Numbered from the stretch's first letter, positions 48,215-58,916 are shown. The stretch: DNA of 64,000 bases from Candidatus Multivoradales bacterium (GCA_965248925.1 CBDFLE010000005.1:1728001-1792000); one strand, 5' to 3'. Notes: generated by a model from the sequence alone, not told the origin. Program-made: numbers and translations.

Positions 48215-48244
48215 GTCAGACATCCGGGAGATGGTGCGAATACC
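48215..48244 (+). promoter_or_regulatory. Candidate ECF promoter, copy 3 (before the S8 gene)
   Basis: GTCAGA-N15-GCGAATACC. Confidence 0.6.
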
Positions 48245-48343
48245 AGCTTGAAGCACAACTTCCCGCATCCCACACGGTCGGTACCGCAATTGGTGCTGCG
48301 GGGAGCGGGCTTGGAGTCCGGCTTCATCTTTGGAGGCTATCGA

Positions 48344-50491
48344 ATGATTGTCAAAGGGCGAAACGTAAGTACCTGTCTGACCGCACTACTCATACTGGTC
48401 CCCATAGCCAGTGCCAAACTCTCCCGCTTACCGAGCGACAACAAAACCAGCGCCCTGACTCGCTGGCAGTGGATCGGGCTCAAGTCCAACAACACCCCCT
48501 GGTGTCCGTTACCCGCCGGCGGCAGGTGGCAGGTTTCGCAGCTGTTCACTGGCATGGCCGAGGCGGCGCCGCCTCCCGGTCTACAGCATTTCTGCAAGTA
48601 CAAATATGCCGAGACCGGCGCGGTAACCGCGACAGCCCAGGCCAGCCTGCTCGCTCTGGTCGGCAATGGCCTGGACCGCATCGACAGCGATGCGATGGCG
48701 GTGAGCAGCTCTGGCAAGACGGCGACCCAGGTAAAAGATGCGATGTGGCTCAAGATGGCCAATCACTTCGCCGAACAGACCGAGATGATCACGGTGGAAG
48801 GATCCCACTACCCACGCGCTCGCCTGGCGATACTCGACACCGCCCCCACCGGAGTGGGCTTCCCGCTCCAGGTCACCGGCAATTCACCGCATGGCTACAC
48901 CTTGCTACACATGGCCAAGGATCTGCTGTGTCCTAACGCCATATGCCTGGCTCAGCTCACTAGCCGCCTTACCATGCCTTACGTCACTTTCCACCCAAGC
49001 GATCCCTCGCAGTCGGAAATTGACCTCGAACACGGTGGGCTGGTCGGTACGCTGAGCGACCTTGCCCAAGCCATCCAAGCAGAGATGCAACAGGCGATCT
49101 ACAACCCAGGCGATACCACGATTTGGCGCGAGCCCTTCATTTTGGACTCCCCCGGCAAGCAACAAGCCAGGGTGGTGCTCAACTTGTCGCTAGGTTGGGA
49201 TCCGGTTTTCGGCGGCGCGGAAGCGGACCCGAGTCAGATGCCCGCCAATGTGCAGGCAGTGTACGCCGCTCTCCAAGATGCGGTATGCCGCGGCGCTCTG
49301 GTGTTCGCCGCCGCCGGCAACTACCGCGAGGGCCCAGGAGCCAATAGCGATAGCAATATCGGCCCGCTTTTGCCAGCCGCTTGGGAGCAGCGCGCGGCCC
49401 CCACGGCCCTTCAATGTCAAAAAGTCCTCGAGCAAGGCGATGACGAGGACGACCATGGGGGCGGCGCCAACTCCACTTTCGGCCGCAAGAATTCTCTTTT
49501 CATACCCACCACCTACACCCCCCTAGTCCATTCCGTGGGCGGCCTACGCAGCAATGGTCTGGCGCTCGCCAACGCCCGCCAGCAAGGCGCTCCTCGGCTC
49601 GCCGCCTATGCCGATCACGCAGTGGTCGAAAGCCACCTCGAAGGGACGCCGACGGCCATGCTCACCGGTTCTTCCGTAGCCAGCCTGGTGGCCGCCGCCA
49701 CCGCCACCGCCGCTTGGTCACTCGATGCGGAGAACAACAGCCATGAGATAGCGCAGCGGCTCTATGACACCGGTTCCAATCTGCAGAGAGACGCCGACTA
49801 CTGTTTCGGCAACACCTGCCTAGAAGTCCACCGCCTGGCTTTCTGCCCAGTCTTGGAAAGCACCTGTAGCATTCTTGGCAGCTGTCCAGTGCTGATTGCT
49901 GCGTGTAGTCGTTGGCAGCCTGACTCCCCGCTCTTGAATCGCGATGCCATGATCCAGGCCTCGAGCAACCGCCAGTTCGTCGACGCCAGCGAACTCACTC
50001 TGCTCGACACGACGGAGAGTGCCGCCTGCGGCAGCGAGGAGCGCTACGCTGAGTCGCAGCCACAGGATCTATGCCCGGAGCGCCAGTACCTTGGCATCAG
50101 CGCCCAGGCTTGGTTGGCCCCGCAGCCAGCCTCCGACCCCTGTGAGACCTGCACGCTGTTTCCCAACAGCTGCTGCTACGGACCCGAGACCCTGACCGGC
50201 TCCGAGTTCGAAGCTGGAGCTAGAGAGAAGAACGGCCCCAACTACGCCACCTTATTAATCGACATCGACCCCGATTTCGAAGGCGTGCTCACCGGCGCCA
50301 CCCTGACCGTTTGTGAGCAGGCTTACAGCTTCCCTTTGGCGGCGCTGAAAAAGAAAGAATCGGCACTGATCGACAACATACAGATCGGCACTTGCGGCTC
50401 GGCACTACTGAGTTTCAGAGTCGACGGACTGGACATCGAAGAAGCCTCGACCACCAGCGCACCGCTGATCGCCGGCACCTCGATTTTCTAG
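48344..50491 (+). CDS. Secreted subtilisin-like S8 protease with Cys-rich C-terminal region
   Basis: RBS GGAGG; signal peptide; AILDT, SPHG, VLNLSLG, AAAGN, TGSSVAS. Confidence 0.8.
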   Translation: MIVKGRNVSTCLTALLILVPIASAKLSRLPSDNKTSALTRWQWIGLKSNNTPWCPLPAGGRWQVSQLFTGMAEAAPPPGLQHFCKYKYAETGAVTATAQASLLALVGNGLDRIDSDAMAVSSSGKTATQVKDAMWLKMANHFAEQTEMITVEGSHYPRARLAILDTAPTGVGFPLQVTGNSPHGYTLLHMAKDLLCPNAICLAQLTSRLTMPYVTFHPSDPSQSEIDLEHGGLVGTLSDLAQAIQAEMQQAIYNPGDTTIWREPFILDSPGKQQARVVLNLSLGWDPVFGGAEADPSQMPANVQAVYAALQDAVCRGALVFAAAGNYREGPGANSDSNIGPLLPAAWEQRAAPTALQCQKVLEQGDDEDDHGGGANSTFGRKNSLFIPTTYTPLVHSVGGLRSNGLALANARQQGAPRLAAYADHAVVESHLEGTPTAMLTGSSVASLVAAATATAAWSLDAENNSHEIAQRLYDTGSNLQRDADYCFGNTCLEVHRLAFCPVLESTCSILGSCPVLIAACSRWQPDSPLLNRDAMIQASSNRQFVDASELTLLDTTESAACGSEERYAESQPQDLCPERQYLGISAQAWLAPQPASDPCETCTLFPNSCCYGPETLTGSEFEAGAREKNGPNYATLLIDIDPDFEGVLTGATLTVCEQAYSFPLAALKKKESALIDNIQIGTCGSALLSFRVDGLDIEEASTTSAPLIAGTSIF

Positions 50492-50559
50492 CGATCTGCT
50501 GACTCGGCAGACAGGGCAGGCAGCTCCCTGGTCGGAGCTTTGGCCCTACTCCACCGAGT

Positions 50560-52284
50560 TCAATCGTCGACACTCCACAAGGCCGGCCGGTCGATCAAGA
50601 ACCCCTGAGCAAAGTCGATATCCAGAGTTCGCAAGGCACCCATGGTCTCTGCGGTCTCGACCCCTTCAGCAATAATCTGAAAACCCATCACCCGGCCGAT
50701 CTGGTGGATCGACTGCACGATGGCCCGTTGCAGCGGGTCTTCGACCATGTTGCCAACGAACTCGCGATCGATCTTAAGAAAATCCACCGGCAAATTCTTC
50801 AGGTAAGCGAAGGAACTCAAGCCGCTGCCAAAATCGTCGAGAATGAAACGGCAACCGCGAGCATGGAGTTCCGAGATAAAACGCCGGGCGCGGTCGAGAT
50901 GGGCTACCGCCGCGGTTTCGGTGATCTCGAAGCAGAGTAAAGCGGGATCCACCGCACAGGACTCGAGCTGGTTGAGAACGAAATCGAGAAAGCGAGATTC
51001 GGACAGCGATTGGCCCGACAGGTTGATCGCCACCGGAGAAGGTGGGGCCTCCAGTTTGGCCTCCTTCTCCAACAGTTCGAGGGCGGTGCGCACCACCCAG
51101 CGGTCGAGGGTGGAGATCAAGTGAAAGCGTTCCGCCGCCTGAATGAAGGCGTTGGGAGGAACGATCTCCCCCTTCTCGTCGATCATGCGGATCAACACCT
51201 CGTAGAGCGAAACTTCATAGCCCTCATCTTCTGTCAGGCGCACAATCGACTGGCGGAAGAGCCTAAATCGCCCCTTCTTGAGCGCTCGGTGAATACGTGA
51301 CAGCCAACGCATTTCGCCATAGTGCTCGGCGAGGAAGATATCCCCTGAGTTCTCGGAGTTGAATTGGTAGATTTGCCGCGTATCATCGCGAGCCCGGTCG
51401 GAAGCGGCGTCAGCGGCACCGAGCACCTGTATCAAGTCACCACTTTGGGCATTGATGGGGACGATACCCACACTGGCATTGACCTCAAAAGTCTCGTGCT
51501 GCCAGCGAAAGCGGAAGCTGGCGATATCCTGCCGCAAGCGGCCAGCCCAATCGTCTGCCTCACGGTCTTTGCAATCGACGATCAGCACGCCGAATCGGTC
51601 CGAACCAAGACGTGCCAAGGTGTCGCGGTCGGCGAGCCTGTCGCTCAGTAGTTTGGCCACCTGCTTGAGCATCTCCTCACCCGCGACTAAGCCGAAAGTG
51701 TCGTTGAACACCTCGAGATCGTCGAGGTCGACAAAGCCAAAGACATGTTGGCAGTCCTCATCTCGAGCCTCGGCCAAGGCATGCTCCAACCGTGCTTCAA
51801 AGGAGCGGCGGTTCGCCAACCCGGTGACCGGATCATGACTGTCGAGCCAACGCTGCTCCTTCTGCAACGCCCGCACCTCGGTGACGTCCTCAAAAATCAG
51901 CCAGGCACCGACCGCGACACCAGCCAAACCGGCGATCGGCACGGCACAATCACGCACCGCTAGTTCAACCCCGTCGGCGCGCAGCAGCAACCGTTCCTCA
52001 GCAGAGGCGGCTAGGCGACCTTGATCAAGAGCCTGGTCGACGGGGTCTTCGACCGACCGAGTGTCCTCCGTCGCCGCCACCCGGTAGACGGTCTGTAGTG
52101 TCTTGCCGATCGCTTCAGATGCCCAGCAGCCCGTGAGCTCCTCGGCTGCCGGATTGATATCTAGTATTCGCCGACCTAGGTCGACCCGAATGACACCACT
52201 TCCCAGAGCGCCAATCAGGCTCGCTGCTTCAAGGCTCAACGAACTCTTGCTGTCGAAGGAATCTTGCGACACGTGTGGTTTCAC
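50560..52284 (-). CDS. PAS-GGDEF(degenerate)-EAL c-di-GMP phosphodiesterase
   Basis: PAS domain; RLGSDRF; EVLIR, EITET, DDFGSG, EGVET. Confidence 0.9.
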   Translation of the reverse strand: MKPHVSQDSFDSKSSLSLEAASLIGALGSGVIRVDLGRRILDINPAAEELTGCWASEAIGKTLQTVYRVAATEDTRSVEDPVDQALDQGRLAASAEERLLLRADGVELAVRDCAVPIAGLAGVAVGAWLIFEDVTEVRALQKEQRWLDSHDPVTGLANRRSFEARLEHALAEARDEDCQHVFGFVDLDDLEVFNDTFGLVAGEEMLKQVAKLLSDRLADRDTLARLGSDRFGVLIVDCKDREADDWAGRLRQDIASFRFRWQHETFEVNASVGIVPINAQSGDLIQVLGAADAASDRARDDTRQIYQFNSENSGDIFLAEHYGEMRWLSRIHRALKKGRFRLFRQSIVRLTEDEGYEVSLYEVLIRMIDEKGEIVPPNAFIQAAERFHLISTLDRWVVRTALELLEKEAKLEAPPSPVAINLSGQSLSESRFLDFVLNQLESCAVDPALLCFEITETAAVAHLDRARRFISELHARGCRFILDDFGSGLSSFAYLKNLPVDFLKIDREFVGNMVEDPLQRAIVQSIHQIGRVMGFQIIAEGVETAETMGALRTLDIDFAQGFLIDRPALWSVDD

Positions 52285-52588
52285 TCCCCATCCGGGCTAG
52301 CCTGGCTCGCGGCCTGAACCTGCCCCCCCCAGTAGACGGCCTCTTCGAGTCCTCGAAGAAGCTCTTGGGATTCGCTCAATCCGAGAGAAAACACTAAAAA
52401 TCATCTATTAAGCATGCGACGAGCGAACAAAATTTATAGTAGCAAACCGGCCCATCTGCCGCCAGCTCGAAGAGTAGAAAGTGCAAGGAGAAGGGAAAAA
52501 AAGGGGCGGCCAGCGGCCCTTCTAGCGGCCGAGGAAATCGTCGATCAACAGGCGCGCGATGCTCAGCCGCGGCGGCATAGGTGGTGAG

Positions 52589-53509
52589 CTAGCGGCCATA
52601 GCGCCTTTGGCGCTGATGGAAGGAGCGCAAGGCACGCAGGAAATCGATCTCGCGAAACGCCGGCCAGCAAGTGTCGCAGAAGTAAAACTCGGAGTAGGCG
52701 CTCTGCCAAAGCAAGAAGCCGGAGGAGCGCAGCTCACCACTGGTGCGCAAGATCAAATCCGGCTCCGGCTGGCCAGAAGTGTAGAGAAAGGGCTGGATAG
52801 CGTCGGCGTCGAGACCAGCGATCATCGACTCCAGGGATGCTCCCCGCTGGTTCTGATCCTCCAGATAGCGGCGGAAGGCGTCGGTGATCTCCTCGCGTCC
52901 CCCATAGGCCATGGCGATGTTGAGCTGATGGCGATCGTAAGCAGCGGTAGCTTCCTCAGCCTGCCGAATCTCCTCGCGCAAGCTCTCAGGCAACAACTCG
53001 AGCTTGCCGATGTAGCGCACTCGGACTCGCTGATCGTGAACTTGCCGATCGCTGCGGATCTCGCGGGTCTTATCCTCAAACAGGCTCAACAAGCCCTCTA
53101 CCTCGGCCGCGCTACGCTGGAAATTCTCCAAGGAGAAGCACCACACGGTGACCACCCGGATATCGTTTTGAAAGCACCACTCGAGTATCTCGGAAAGTTT
53201 GTCGGCCCCTCGCCGATGCCCCCACAAGGGGCCGGCGAAACCAGCCTGACGAGCAAAACGGCGGTTGCCGTCCATGATGAACCCAAGGTGGCGCGGCTTG
53301 CGCCAAGAACTCGCCTGGGATCGCAAGCGGCGCAGATAGAGGGAGTAGAAGGGCCGTTTGACCTGCTGCTTGAGCAACCACCAAAGCTTGGTCCAACGCC
53401 TAGAGCTGACCGCTGCATCGCTTTGACTCGATGCATCCACCGGCAGCTCGGCCAGCCGACCAGCGGAGCTATCGGCAGCCTCAAGGCGCAGGACTTCGTT
53501 GTCGCTCAT
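52589..53509 (-). CDS. uppS: cis-prenyltransferase (UppS family, short-chain Z-FPP synthase-like)
   Basis: HLGFIMDGNRR, FSLENFQR, YGGREE, RTSGELRSSGFLLWQ; RBS GGAGGAG. Confidence 0.88.
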   Translation of the reverse strand: MSDNEVLRLEAADSSAGRLAELPVDASSQSDAAVSSRRWTKLWWLLKQQVKRPFYSLYLRRLRSQASSWRKPRHLGFIMDGNRRFARQAGFAGPLWGHRRGADKLSEILEWCFQNDIRVVTVWCFSLENFQRSAAEVEGLLSLFEDKTREIRSDRQVHDQRVRVRYIGKLELLPESLREEIRQAEEATAAYDRHQLNIAMAYGGREEITDAFRRYLEDQNQRGASLESMIAGLDADAIQPFLYTSGQPEPDLILRTSGELRSSGFLLWQSAYSEFYFCDTCWPAFREIDFLRALRSFHQRQRRYGR

Positions 53510-53762
53510 CTCTCCTCCGGCGGTGGGCAATCGCGTCTTGACGCGGAGTCGGCCAATCTCGAGCCAAAAACTAGCCGACGATTGTGACTTAGAGGTGGCG
53601 AGAGATCGGCAATCCCCAGGCGGCTCGCAGCAGCGCGATCACCGCGGATTTCTATCACATCGCTGCTCCGGCTGCCGCTACCGAAGCAGCCGCCAAGCGC
53701 CGTCTCGTGCTATGGTCGCCAGTGCGATTCAGCGCACCCATCACCCCCTCAGGAGGGCTGGC

Positions 53763-54866
53763 ATGCTTCCCGATCTGACCCTCGGTATCGAGGAGGAGTA
53801 CCAGATAGTCGACCCCAAGACGCGTGAACTAGCGCCCTATGGGGAGCAGCTTCTCGCCGATGGCCAAGTCGAACTCGGTGACCAAATCAAGCCCGAAATG
53901 ATGCGCTCTCAGGTTGAGGTCGGCACCCGAGTTTGTGCTGATATCAGCGAGGCTCGAAGCGAAATTGTGCGCCTACGTAGCACCATCAATCGCCTGGCTA
54001 ACGACCAGGGTTTGGCCATGGCCGCGGCCAGCACTCATCCGTTCTCGCGCTGGAGCGAGCAGCAGGTTACGGCCGGCGAGCGCTACACCCAGTTGGCCGA
54101 CGACCTGGCGGACGTGGCCCGGCGCCTGCTGATCTTCGGCATGCACGTCCACGTCGGCATCGCTGATCCTGAACTGCGCATTACGGTAATGAACCAGGCG
54201 CGCTATTTCTTGCCGCATATTCTGGCTCTGTCGACAAGTTCACCTTTTTGGCATGGCCGCGAAACCGGCCTCAAATCCTATCGCTCGGTGATTTTCGAAA
54301 ATATGCCCCGCAGCGGCCTACCGCCAGTGTTTCGCTCCTGGAGCGATCATCAGCAGTTTGTTGAAACGCTGATCGCAACCGGATCGATCGACGACCCGTC
54401 TAAGATCTGGTGGGACATGCGCCCCCACCCTGTTTTCCCGACCTTGGAATTTCGCATTTCCGACGTCTGCCCCACCGTTGACGAGGTGCTCTGCATCGCC
54501 GCCTTGATCCAAGCCTTGGTCGCCAAGCTGATCAAGCTGCACCGCCAGAATCGCCGCTGGCGCACCTACCGCCATCATTTGATTACCGAGAACAAATGGC
54601 GCGCCGTGCGCTACGGTCTGGAAGGCCAGTTGATCGACTTCGGCAAGCGCGAGCAGGTGCCGACACGCTTCCTCACCCTCGAGTTGGTGGAATTGGTCGA
54701 CGACGTGCTCGATGAACTCGGCAGCCGCGCCGAAGTCGAGTACGTACACGAGATTCTGCGCCGTGGATCGAGCGCCGATCGGCAACTCAAGTGCTATCGC
54801 AACAGTGGTGACCTGAATGACGTCGTCGACCAAGTGATCAGCGAGAGTCGCCGCGATTGCACCTGA
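53763..54866 (+). CDS. ybdK: Carboxylate-amine ligase YbdK (GCS2 family)
   Basis: TLGIEEEYQIVD, FGMHVHVG, WWDMRPHP, LEFRI. Confidence 0.9.
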   Translation: MLPDLTLGIEEEYQIVDPKTRELAPYGEQLLADGQVELGDQIKPEMMRSQVEVGTRVCADISEARSEIVRLRSTINRLANDQGLAMAAASTHPFSRWSEQQVTAGERYTQLADDLADVARRLLIFGMHVHVGIADPELRITVMNQARYFLPHILALSTSSPFWHGRETGLKSYRSVIFENMPRSGLPPVFRSWSDHQQFVETLIATGSIDDPSKIWWDMRPHPVFPTLEFRISDVCPTVDEVLCIAALIQALVAKLIKLHRQNRRWRTYRHHLITENKWRAVRYGLEGQLIDFGKREQVPTRFLTLELVELVDDVLDELGSRAEVEYVHEILRRGSSADRQLKCYRNSGDLNDVVDQVISESRRDCT

Positions 54867-54915
54867 GGGGAACACCGGCCGCCCCGCGCCCTCTTCAATC
54901 GAGCGAGAGTCAACG

Positions 54916-56154
54916 ATGATCACCCTGGAAGATATCCGCCGAGCCCGCCAGATGGTGGGCTCGCAGATCGTGCTCACCCCCACCCTGGCGTCACCCACCT
55001 ATTCGGCGCAGACCGGCGCCGATGTCTGGTTCAAGTACGAGGTGCTCCAGACCACTGGCTCGTTCAAGGTTCGCGGCGCCCTCAACCGCCTCGGCGCCCT
55101 GGACGCCGAGGAGCGCCGTCGCGGGGTGGTGGCTGCATCGGCCGGCAACCATGCTCAGGGAGTGGCCTACGCCGCCGCCAAATTGGGTATCAAGGCCACC
55201 ATCGTGATGCCCGAATCGACCCCGCAAGTCAAGGTGCAGAACACCCAGGCCCATGGCGACAACATCCACATTGAGTTATTTGGCGATGGCTTGGACACCG
55301 CCTACGACCACGCTCTCGAACTCCAGAGCAAGAACGGCGCGGTTTACATCCATGCCTACAACGACCCCTTGATCGTTGCCGGCCAGGGAACTCTTGGTCT
55401 GGAATTGCTAGAGCAAGTCGAAGGGCTCGAGGCGGTGATCGTGCCGATCGGCGGTGGCGGCCTGATCTCCGGCATCGCCACCGCCATCCGCGAACAGAAC
55501 CCCGAGGTGAAGATCTACGGCGTCCAGACCGAGTCCGCGCCAGCGATCTATCACAGCTTCGTGGGCGGCCACTTGGTGGACTACCCCAGCCAGCAATCGA
55601 TTGCCGATGGCATCGCCGTCAAACGCCCCGGTTCGATCACTTTTGAGATCATCCGCCGGCTGGTGGAGGATGTTGTTCTGGTGACTGAATCCGAGATCGA
55701 GCGCGCCCTGATCGACCTGCTCGACAACGGCAATTGCTTGGTGGAAGGCGCTGCCGCGGCCGGCGTGGCGGCCCTCGAAGGCCCGCTCGCCGAGCGCTTG
55801 CAAGGCCGCCGCGTGGCGGTGGTTCTGTGCGGCGGCAACATCGACCTGAGTGCCCTTGACCTTCTGTTGCAGCGCGGATTGGCGCGACGCCAGCGGCTGG
55901 TGCGGCTGCGCGGCTCGGTGGACGACCGCCCCGGCGGCCTTTACCGCTTCCTGAAGGTGATCGCCGAGCAAAAAGGAAGCGTTGCGCATGTGGTCCACGA
56001 CCGGGTGTTCGGAGAATCAAGATTCGGCAAGACCTCCCTTGAGGTGATCCTCGAAGTGCGAAACCGGCGCCACATCGATCGTCTTCTCGCTGCCTTGCGC
56101 GACGCCGGCCACGAGGTCGAAGAGCTGGCCCTAGGCCCCAACTTACCCAGTTGA
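54916..56154 (+). CDS. ilvA: Threonine ammonia-lyase with C-terminal ACT domain
   Basis: [29 protein letters not shown]. Confidence 0.9.
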   Translation: MITLEDIRRARQMVGSQIVLTPTLASPTYSAQTGADVWFKYEVLQTTGSFKVRGALNRLGALDAEERRRGVVAASAGNHAQGVAYAAAKLGIKATIVMPESTPQVKVQNTQAHGDNIHIELFGDGLDTAYDHALELQSKNGAVYIHAYNDPLIVAGQGTLGLELLEQVEGLEAVIVPIGGGGLISGIATAIREQNPEVKIYGVQTESAPAIYHSFVGGHLVDYPSQQSIADGIAVKRPGSITFEIIRRLVEDVVLVTESEIERALIDLLDNGNCLVEGAAAAGVAALEGPLAERLQGRRVAVVLCGGNIDLSALDLLLQRGLARRQRLVRLRGSVDDRPGGLYRFLKVIAEQKGSVAHVVHDRVFGESRFGKTSLEVILEVRNRRHIDRLLAALRDAGHEVEELALGPNLPS

Positions 56155-56176
56155 GCGAGAAGTAAGAGGACTCAGC

Positions 56177-56641
56177 GTGTTCTTTCGCTTGCTACTGCTC
56201 TTCACTTTGGTGCCGCTGAGCGAACTGTTCTTGCTGGTCGAGTTGGGGCGCCGGATGGGTACCCTGCCCACCGTCGCCCTAGTGCTGCTCACCGGTGCCT
56301 TAGGAGCCTGGCTCGCCCGCCACCAAGGATTGCGGGTGCTCGCCGAGATCCGCCGCGAGCAGGCCGCCGGCCGCTTACCAGCCGCGGCCTTGGTCGATGG
56401 GCTGCTGGTGCTGGTGGCCGGCGCCGTCTTGCTGACCCCGGGTCTGCTCACCGACCTATGCGGCTTCGCCCTGCTGATCCCTGCCATCCGCGGAGCCATC
56501 CGCCAACGCCTCAGCGCCGCCTTCGGCCGCCGCATCCAGATCATTCGCCCGCCGGGATTCGGCCCCGCGGGGAGCGGTCCTCCAGGTGGCAGCGACCCAG
56601 AGCCGCTAGAGATCGTGATCGAGGATGCGGTCGAGCGTTAG
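56177..56641 (+). CDS. fxsA: FxsA family membrane protein
   Basis: PLSELFLL, ARHQG, LLTPGLLTD. Confidence 0.88.
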   Translation: MFFRLLLLFTLVPLSELFLLVELGRRMGTLPTVALVLLTGALGAWLARHQGLRVLAEIRREQAAGRLPAAALVDGLLVLVAGAVLLTPGLLTDLCGFALLIPAIRGAIRQRLSAAFGRRIQIIRPPGFGPAGSGPPGGSDPEPLEIVIEDAVER

Positions 56642-57877
56642 TTAGCCGGGCTCAGCCGACGATCCGCGCGGCACCAAGAAGAACAACCGCCCCGGCTGCT
56701 TCATCGCTCCGGCGTGGGCGGCGGCCTGCTCACCACGTCCCCAGAAGAAGTCCACTCGGCCAGCACCGCGGATGGCGCCACCGGTGTCGTGGTTGAGCAC
56801 AAAGCGGGTCAGCGGCCCTGCGGCAACGGTGGTGCCGTCGGCGGCCAATCGTGGAACTTCGCTGACCAGAAAGCCTAGCGCGCCGCGAGGAAAGAGACGC
56901 AGATCGGTAGCGACGCTGCGCTCGGCGGTCACCGGCAGGCCCAGGCTACCCAGGGGCGGCCCGTTCAGGCGGCGAAAGAACACCACCGAAGGGTTGTGGT
57001 CGAGCATCCGATCGACTTCTTCGGGATGGGCATCGAGATAGGCGCGGATCGCTTGCATCGACATCCGCTCCCGCGGCACTTTGCCTTCATCGATCAACAA
57101 GCGACCGATGGAACGGTAAGGCCGGCCGTTGGAGCCGGCGTAGCCAATGCGCAGCTCGCGGCCATCGGCCAGGCGCAGGGCGCCAGAACCCTGCACTTCG
57201 AGAAAAAAGAGATCGACCGGATCCCGTGCCCAAGCAATCTCGCGGCCGTGCAGGGGCTGCTGCCGAAGTTCTTGACGATCAGCAAAGGGCACCAGCCGGC
57301 CGCCGCGCAGCACGCCGGCGATGCGGGTACCGGCCAAGCGCTCGGCAAACTGCCCCAGATCGACCCGGATCATGCCTCCCGGAGGACCGTAGATCGGCAC
57401 TGGATATTCAGCTGAAGGCCGCAGGCTGCCGTCGATCATCGCTTCGTAGTAACCGGTGACCAACATCGAGTCGACGCTCTCCAGGATCTCGAAGGCGTAG
57501 AGCACTTCGGCCGCCAACCGCTCATTCGACAATCCCGCGTCGAGCCAGCCAAGAAAGCGGTCCAAGGCGCTCGCCAGCTCACTAGCGGTGGTCTCGCGAG
57601 GACCAAAGACATAGGCCGTAGAGGGGGGCTTGCGGGCATACCATGAGCGGCTCAGGGCGACCGCGTCGCGCAGGCTGGCGCGGTCACCATCGTCGAGCAA
57701 AGCGGGCAGCTCGGCGGCCGGCACCGCTCGCAAGGCGGAGTGGCGATCGACCTTCTCGGCACTTTGCTGAGCTTCGGCCTCGACTACCCCCTCGCTGGTT
57801 GCCATCGGCGGTCGACAGGCGCTGGCAGTCGAGCCGAGGACGACGACCCAGAGAGTGGTCAGCAGACGAAGATTCAT
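56642..57877 (-). CDS. mltA: Membrane-bound lytic murein transglycosylase A
   Basis: Lipobox ASAC; TGYYE, VQGSG, NGRPYRSIG, DTGGAIRG..RVDFFWG. Confidence 0.92.
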   Translation of the reverse strand: MNLRLLTTLWVVVLGSTASACRPPMATSEGVVEAEAQQSAEKVDRHSALRAVPAAELPALLDDGDRASLRDAVALSRSWYARKPPSTAYVFGPRETTASELASALDRFLGWLDAGLSNERLAAEVLYAFEILESVDSMLVTGYYEAMIDGSLRPSAEYPVPIYGPPGGMIRVDLGQFAERLAGTRIAGVLRGGRLVPFADRQELRQQPLHGREIAWARDPVDLFFLEVQGSGALRLADGRELRIGYAGSNGRPYRSIGRLLIDEGKVPRERMSMQAIRAYLDAHPEEVDRMLDHNPSVVFFRRLNGPPLGSLGLPVTAERSVATDLRLFPRGALGFLVSEVPRLAADGTTVAAGPLTRFVLNHDTGGAIRGAGRVDFFWGRGEQAAAHAGAMKQPGRLFFLVPRGSSAEPG

Positions 57878-57890
57878 CGGCCAGATTTTC

Positions 57891-58916
57891 CTAGGGCGAG
57901 TAACGCAGGCCGGCCGGGACGGTGAAGCCCATGCGCTCTTTGATCACTTCGACCTTGGGCTCGGCCTCGGCACGTGCCCGTTCGGCGCCAACACCGAGCA
58001 GGGCATCGAGCTGGTCGCTGTCCTCGATCAGCTCTTCGTAGCGCTGACGAATCGGTGCCAGGGTCGCGATCACCTGATCGGCAACGGCATTCTTCAAATC
58101 ACCGTAGCCGCGGGCCTCGGCAAAATCAGCCTCGGCGTCGGCGGGACTCTTGCCGGTGAGCTTGCTGTAGATGGTCAAGAGATTGACCACCCCGGCCTTC
58201 TCCGGATCATCGCTAAAACAGATCTCACGGCCGGAGTCGGTCACCGCACGACGGATTGTCTTGCGGATCACTGAATCCGAATCGGTCAGCCGTACCGCAT
58301 GGCCACCGGCTAGCGCGCTCTTCGACATCTTGGCGGTCGGGTCGTCGAAACCCATGATCCGCGCGCCGAGCTTAGCGATCACCGGCCGCGGCACAACGAA
58401 GGTTTCGCCATAGAGATGGTTAAAACGTTGCGCCACGTCGCGGCAAAGCTCGACATGCTGTTTCTGATCCTCCCCCACCGGCACTTCATCCGCGTCGTAA
58501 AGCAGGATATCGGCGGCTTGTAGCACCGGATAGGTCAGCAACCCGGTCTGCACACTCTCTTGCGCCGCCGACTTCGACTTGTACTGCACCATCCGTTCGA
58601 GCCAGCCGAGCGGGGTAACACAGGTCAGGAACCAGCAAGCCTCGGCGTGGGCACGAACATGGCTCTGTACGAACAAGGTACTGCGCTCGGGATCGATGCC
58701 AGCGGCCAGCAGCATCGCCGCCAGCTGCCGGACGTGGCGCCGCAACTCAGCGGGATCCTGGTACAGGGTGATGGCGTGCAGGTCGACGATGCAGATGAAA
58801 TTCTCGCGCTCATCCTGGCCCGCGACCCACTGCTGAATCGCCCCAAGGTAGTTGCCCAAATGCAGTTGACCGGTGGGTTGAATGCCTGAAAGAACTCTCT
58901 TCTTCGCTCTTGCCAT
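57891..58916 (-). CDS. trpS: Tryptophan--tRNA ligase
   Basis: SGIQPTGQLHLGNY, VPVGEDQ, KMSKS. Confidence 0.96.
   Translation of the reverse strand: MARAKKRVLSGIQPTGQLHLGNYLGAIQQWVAGQDERENFICIVDLHAITLYQDPAELRRHVRQLAAMLLAAGIDPERSTLFVQSHVRAHAEACWFLTCVTPLGWLERMVQYKSKSAAQESVQTGLLTYPVLQAADILLYDADEVPVGEDQKQHVELCRDVAQRFNHLYGETFVVPRPVIAKLGARIMGFDDPTAKMSKSALAGGHAVRLTDSDSVIRKTIRRAVTDSGREICFSDDPEKAGVVNLLTIYSKLTGKSPADAEADFAEARGYGDLKNAVADQVIATLAPIRQRYEELIEDSDQLDALLGVGAERARAEAEPKVEVIKERMGFTVPAGLRYSP

Noticed and set aside
51560-51620. Active diguanylate cyclase
   Set aside because: The motif reads GSDRF instead of GG(D/E)EF; this degenerate GGDEF with an intact EAL is a common PDE architecture.
52323-52330. 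C8 run upstream of the EAL gene as a phase-variable promoter
   Set aside because: Short tract in GC-rich DNA, not placed between recognisable promoter elements.
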